This document shows positions 58,746 to 64,000 of a stretch of DNA of 64,000 bases, piece after piece; position 1 is the stretch's first letter, and every line of letters begins with the position of its first letter. A model generated the notes under the pieces. The model worked only from the letters and a program-made list of their open reading frames with translations. It was not told the origin of the DNA and searched no databases. Both the position numbers and the translations under genes were made by a program. The DNA is from Camelus dromedarius (taxonomy: Eukaryota), in contig NC_087452.1 in NCBI RefSeq assembly GCF_036321535.1, positions 32,054,001-32,118,000 of the forward strand. The letters are read 5' to 3'.

Positions 58746-59869
58746 CCAGACAGCCCACTTTCTACACAGCAGCTGAAGAGAATCCCTTTAAAAATGAATC
58801 AAAACAGGTCATGACCCTGCACTTATCCCTCCAAGAGCCTCCCATCATAGAATAGAATCTCACCTGCTCTGTGCTGAGGTGGCCCTCTCCCCACCTCTCT
58901 GACCTCACCCACTTCCTCCTCGCCTACCATACTTCCAGCCATACAATCATCTTGCTGGTCCTCCCACATGTCAAACTTGTTTCCATGATTTCAAAGACCT
59001 CAGGGTCTTTGCATGTGCTGTTTACCCTGCAAAAGAACATCCTTCCCTGAGCCCTCCCCATGGCCTGCTCCCTCACCTAATTCAGGTCTCCGCCTGAGAG
59101 AGGCTTCAGTGACCATCTTTGCTAAACTCGTTACACCTTCTCAGCACTAATCCTTTTATCCCACATTATTATTCTTCCTGACACTTTTCCTACCTGCTAT
59201 TATAGTTCATGACTATGCACATACTGGTTTAGAGCCTGTTTTGCTAGAATGTAAGCCCCTTGAGAGCAGGGACCTTGTCTGTGTCTTGTTCATGTCTGTA
59301 CTCCTAGAACCCATCCCAGGCACATTAGTTAGCAGCAGTACAGATGTAGGTGGTAAGAGACAGGGCACAGACCTCCAGGTTTGATTCATCTGTTGCTGGA
59401 ATTTGCAGGGCCCCAGTCTGATTCTGTATTATTCAGATGAGAAAAGTGGTGCTCAAAGAGGGAAAGAATGTTCTAGATCACACCTTGACCCCAGAGCACC
59501 TGTTTCGTAGGCTCTGTCCACATAGGTACCACTTCCTGGACTTGGCCACAGCTTGAATTTAAGCATTTGCCTCCAGGAGGTGAAGCTGGATTTTTGAGGT
59601 CTCGGTTGAGAGGAAGGAGAAGGTGTTGGCTTTCTCCCTGCTCAGTTAGGCCTGCAGGTCCAGGGCAACCTCCAAGCCACCAGGGCCCGAGGAGGGCTCA
59701 GCAGGGCCAGGTGGGAAGAGCTGAGAAATGAGAAAACTAGACTGGGCAAGGCAATAGGGAGGGATGGGGACCAAGGTGGGTTGGAGAGTGCTCCCTCCGA
59801 AACCCTTCCACTTAATGAACAATGAAAACACTTTGTAGTTTATGGTTTTTTATTTTTTTAATTTGCAAA

Positions 59870-61370
59870 AAGAAATGCAGGAAGGATAAACTTCACCCAC
59901 CCCCTCTACAGCAGGTTGGATGGCATGGATTAAGATGACTAGAAGGACACTCTGCTTGGACTTTTGTACAACTTGGACTTTTGGGAACCATGTTAATGTT
60001 CTACGTATTGAAAAAAAATAAATTAACAACGATGAGGAAAACCCAAGAATAACAGAACCAGAAACAAATGAACCGACCAGCATTTCAAATGAATAACATA
60101 ACTACGCTGAAGGGAAACAGATAACTAATCCAAGTAACATTGGAACCTGGGCTCAAACTGTTACTTTGACCATTGACCCTCCATCTAAAGACAAAAAGAG
60201 ATTTTGAATAAGATTCAATAAATCTTGAACTCTACTTAGAAACTTTGTTTTTCACAATGGCTTGGATGTAGCAATTCTGGAACTTCTTTTTCTGTGGAAT
60301 TGAACAAATAAGTAAATGTACTGATGTTGTTGGGAACCAAGGCTCTGACTGTTAGAGAAAGGGGTATAAACATGGATTTGGGGAAGAATGGAAGGACCCT
60401 GTGGTGCTGAATTGGAGTTAGAGAAATAGATACAGATAGATGTGTTTGTTAATTTTCATAGACCTATTTCCTAGCTCTCTCTGCTACAAGGACTTAAAAG
60501 CAGTGACACACAATATCAAAGAACAAACCTACTGCTCAGATCTTGGATTCTAAATACCATTTCTGGCTCCAGAGAACCAGGGCTCCTTGGAGAAATGGCA
60601 GATTCCAGGTTTGTGCAAGATGAGCCTGGAACATCTCATGATGCCAGAAGCTAAGGAAGTGCTCACAAAACGATGTAGCCACAGGAGTCATCGTGAAGGA
60701 CCTTCTGCTGGCCAAAGCTAGGAAAATTTAAGGATCAAAATAATAACAGTAACAGATTATAACCCATTGCATAGAAATAACAACCCATAAATCCATACTG
60801 ATAAGAAAGAATGAAAGGGGACTATTAAATATAGAAGAAATGATGGAATTAGGTAACTCATTTGCAACCATCTAAGCAAAAGTTGATTCAAGCCATTGAT
60901 TTCAGGTAAAAATCATCATTGGATGTGAAAGCTAGCTGGTGAAGGTTGATGAGGAATGGGACAGTCACACCTCAAAATATTTCCCCACAGATTGCTGATT
61001 AATTACAAATGGGAGAAGTGGTAACTTCCCAGTGGAGAAACCTGGTGGACACCACCTTAAGTGATCAAAGTTAACATCACTAACAATAGGACGTGTCCCT
61101 CCTGATACAGTGCACCGAGGACACATCGTTCACCTAATGTTCCTGCCCAAACTGCAATGCCTGCATCTAATCACTGCAAAACATCAGACAAGCCCAAATT
61201 GAGAGACAGTCCATCAAACAACTGGCCTGTACTCCTCGGGAGTGTTGAAGGTGTCAAAGTTATGGGGAAAAAGAAAAGCTGAGGAATGGTTTCAGATGAA
61301 AGGAGGCCACAGAGACATGAAAACAAAATGCAGTGTGTGACTCTGCACCAGATCCTGACCTGTTGTCTAG
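59870..61370 (+). mobile_element. Old L1MC/L1ME 3' UTR fragment
   Basis: 1.5 kb AT-rich block containing 'ggctccagagaaccagggctccttggagaaatggcagattccagg' and 'tcacctaatgttcctgcccaaactgcaatgcctgcatctaatca', typical of L1MC 3' ends. Confidence 0.65.
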
Positions 61371-61389
61371 TGCCTGCACCCCTCGTCTG

Positions 61390-62056
61390 TGGACAGGGTT
61401 ACCAGGGGTGATAACTAGCATGCCTTTTGTGACACCAGAGCTGTGCCCCTTGGACATATTCTCAGCTTGTCTATAATATTCAGATATAAGACACACATGG
61501 GTGTTTGGTGCCCAGACATGAGGCCCGCTTGATGTGCGTGGCCACGTTTGGGCTGAAGGACAGAATCACCAGGTGGGTCCCACGTGACTAACAGTTCTGA
61601 GTTGATGGCAAGGGTCCCCTCTGAAGGCTCAGTGATCAGAGGAGGCTGGCTGTTGCAGTGACTGATGTAGATTGACCAGGTGGGTGGGAGTGTGTGACCC
61701 ACATCAACCCTTGTGAGCGGTCGCTCCCGAGAGTGGGGCTGGAACTGCTGTGAACTCCCTAGAGGTCGCCGTGGAGAGTGAGGAGGCCCGGGCCTGGCGC
61801 AGCTGTGGCACCGACAAGCAGAGGCCAAGGGTGAGTGAATACAACATTTAATAAACACGCCCCTGCGTGCCTGAAGTTCGGCCCACCTTGGTGATCACAC
61901 CTCTCGGAAGGACGGTCTGGGCTAAGTGGACGGCCCGAATGGATGAGGAACCCACCCACTCTCAGCCTGTGCCCCCCAAACTGCTGTATCCAGGTCCCAG
62001 TAATAATGCCAGTTCATCAGGCTCATCACCTGAGAAGGCGAGACCCTGAGGCTACA
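61390..62056 (+). mobile_element. Probable ERVL-type LTR just downstream of PARP3
   Basis: TG start, aataaa at 61850-61855, ends ...gaggctaca. No TSD found; left boundary uncertain. Confidence 0.4.
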
Positions 62057-62237
62057 GCCATGTCAGGACTAACAAGGAATGGAGGGAGAGGCGATCACTG
62101 TCTGGAACCCAGGAGGGAGGTTTAAGAGTAGGAAGAAGGAGTGATATGGGGACACCAGGGATGGGCAGAAAGATTGAGGAGGATGGGTGAGCTCCTAGCA
62201 GGGCCCTGGCTGGGCAGTTGGGGTGCAGGCAGACAGC

Positions 62238-62995
62238 TCAGAAGCGAACTTCCTGCAGGTAGCGCAGGTGGCACTGGCTCTCCTGGTAGATGAGATACTC
62301 GCTCTGGGAGAAACTGGAGCTGCTGAATTCTGGGCAGGGCACGGGTTGGCCTTGGGGCACTGCCACTTGCTGTCCATCCAGCTCCAGCTCGGTGTCCTGG
62401 GTTGGGTTTGCAGGGCACAGCAAGGGCCATGGGTGACCCAAGGGTCACTGGTCCTCGGCTTTACCAGTAGGTCCTGGCCCACTATGCTCTCCACTTCTGC
62501 CACAGGGAGGGCCTGCTCATTCCCACCTTGCCAACCTCCAAACCACTGCACAGGCTGGGCCCTTTCCCTGGAATCTCCTCCCCCATTTCTCTGCCTACTC
62601 ATCTTTCAGTGCTCAGTTGATGACACCTCTTCTCTGAAGCCCTCTTGGATGCCCAGGAATGATTAGCTAAATCGTGAATGTTTGTTGAATGACAAAGTGA
62701 GTGAGTGCACTGAGGAAGCCAGCTACTTTTTGTCCCTCTTCACATCCCCCTCTCTGCTCACTTCCTACCTGTAAGAGTCCTGCTCCATCTCAGCCCCACC
62801 TCTACCCTTAGGCCTGTTCAGCAGCTTCCTGGGACTCACCAGGCTCTGTGTGGCCTCAGGTGATGACACTGTTGAAGCAAGCGGGTGGCTGTTTCAAGCT
62901 GGGCTTGTCGTCGGTGAAGTGGTACTCTGTGCCCAGTGCCACCTCACCCAGGAACATGTAGTCAATGTGATGGGCCCCGCAGGACATACCAGTAG
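62238..62995 (-). pseudogene. PARP3: Last two exons of PARP3 (ADP-ribosyltransferase catalytic domain) carrying inactivating lesions
   Basis: Penultimate exon 62995-62840 (156 nt; acceptor cccag, donor gtgagt) reads TGMSCGAHHIDYMFLGEVALGTEYHFTDDKPSLKQPPACFNSVIT*GHTEP, with in-frame TGA at 62858-62856. Final exon 62407-62238 (170 nt) reads DPTQDTELELDGQQVAVPQGQPVPCPEFSSSSFSQSEYLIYQESQCHLRYLQEVRF* and is preceded by CAA rather than CAG. Position next to GPR62 matches human synteny. Confidence 0.9.
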
Positions 62996-64000
62996 CTGGG
63001 GGATGCAGGGAGGCTAAGGGTAGGCGATGGGCCCTCCTGCCTGACTCTTGGGGTCCCTCTCAGCTGCACTGTTAGCTCCTCTGGCTTTGCTGCCCCAGCC
63101 CAGAAAAGTGTTCGTTCATTTTCCATCCTTCCTCCAACCATTTCTCCAGCCCCCTTGTCTTGGCCGTGCTCCCTCCCTCCTCCCTCCTCCACTCCTTGGC
63201 TCCCTGAGGCCAGGCCTCTGCTGCCTTCACCAAGGTCAGTGGTGGCCTCCCCATGACTGTATCTGGGGCAGGGGCTTTTCTCTCTGGCCTGCTCTGCTGA
63301 TTTTGCCACTGGCATCCTTCACCCTCAACCCTGGGACCTCCCTGCAATGGCTTTCCTGAGGCCACCCTCCACTCCTTCTTCGGGTCCTCTGCCCTCCTAG
63401 CAGACCCCTGGGCCTCAAGCAACCTTCAGCCCCATCTGCTTTTGGATGAATCCTCCAACCTTGCTCTCTTGGGTGGGTGGGTGTTGGTGGTCTCCATGAA
63501 TGGGGTCAGCATGGGCTGAGGAGCCAGTGGGGGGAGATCACCTCATTGAGGACACCGCTGGACAGAAACTTAAGGGTCATTAGCGACACCTACGACCCTT
63601 TCCCACATGCTGCCCATCCCACATCCCACACACACCTCTCCCTCTCACACAGCCTCCCTGCAGCCTTTGAAATCCTGCTATATACATGTTCAGCTGTGCT
63701 CCCCATTGCTCTCTGAATAAGGCTCCTTGATCCTCCTGGGCCCCCAGGCCCCCCACCCACACCAGGCATTTGCTCTAAGCTTTACTATCAGGCTGCTGAC
63801 CTGCTGCGGCCTCACAGCCTTGGTGCCACCCACTGGCTGCTTTACTTCGAAGGCTCCTCTTTCCCCTGCTCCCAGGTCAGGGTGGTCCACTCATCCTATC
63901 TGCATCACCTTCTCCAGGAAGCTGCCCCTGACCACCCGGGGTTTCCTCTGAGTGCTCCCAATCCCCAGGATGCCCCACTGAGCACTCGAGTTAGTAACTG

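Noticed and set aside
63000-64000. Deletion of upstream PARP3 exons, or the start of RRP9
   Set aside because: No PARP3 (LLWHGT) or RRP9 coding sequence is visible, but 1 kb may simply be intron, so a deletion cannot be claimed from this window.

Overview
Eukaryotic (mammalian) genomic DNA, most likely a camelid, judged from tRNA-Ala-derived Vic-1-like SINEs and a cetartiodactyl-type L1 3' end. The window is syntenic with human 3p21.2 in reversed orientation. About 23 kb of gene-free, repeat-containing sequence is followed by RPL29 (+), ACY1 (-), ABHD14A (-), ABHD14B (+), PCBP4 (+), single-exon GPR62 (-) and the last two exons of PARP3 (-). I traced the exons by hand. The six complete genes have GT-AG junctions and open frames wherever sequence is visible; three exons are partly hidden by N-runs. 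The main result is that PARP3 looks inactivated: an in-frame TGA replaces the conserved Arg of 'VIARGHTEP' in the penultimate exon, and the final-exon acceptor reads CAA instead of CAG. Other observations: the human-type ABHD14A start codon is missing, an ABHD14A exon 2 to ACY1 exon 2 splice would give an in-frame signal-anchor/aminoacylase fusion, RPL29 has an Ala-Pro repeat expansion, the GPR62 tail is frame-shifted relative to human, and there are two near-perfect RFX X-boxes. Comparisons with human proteins are from memory and need database confirmation.
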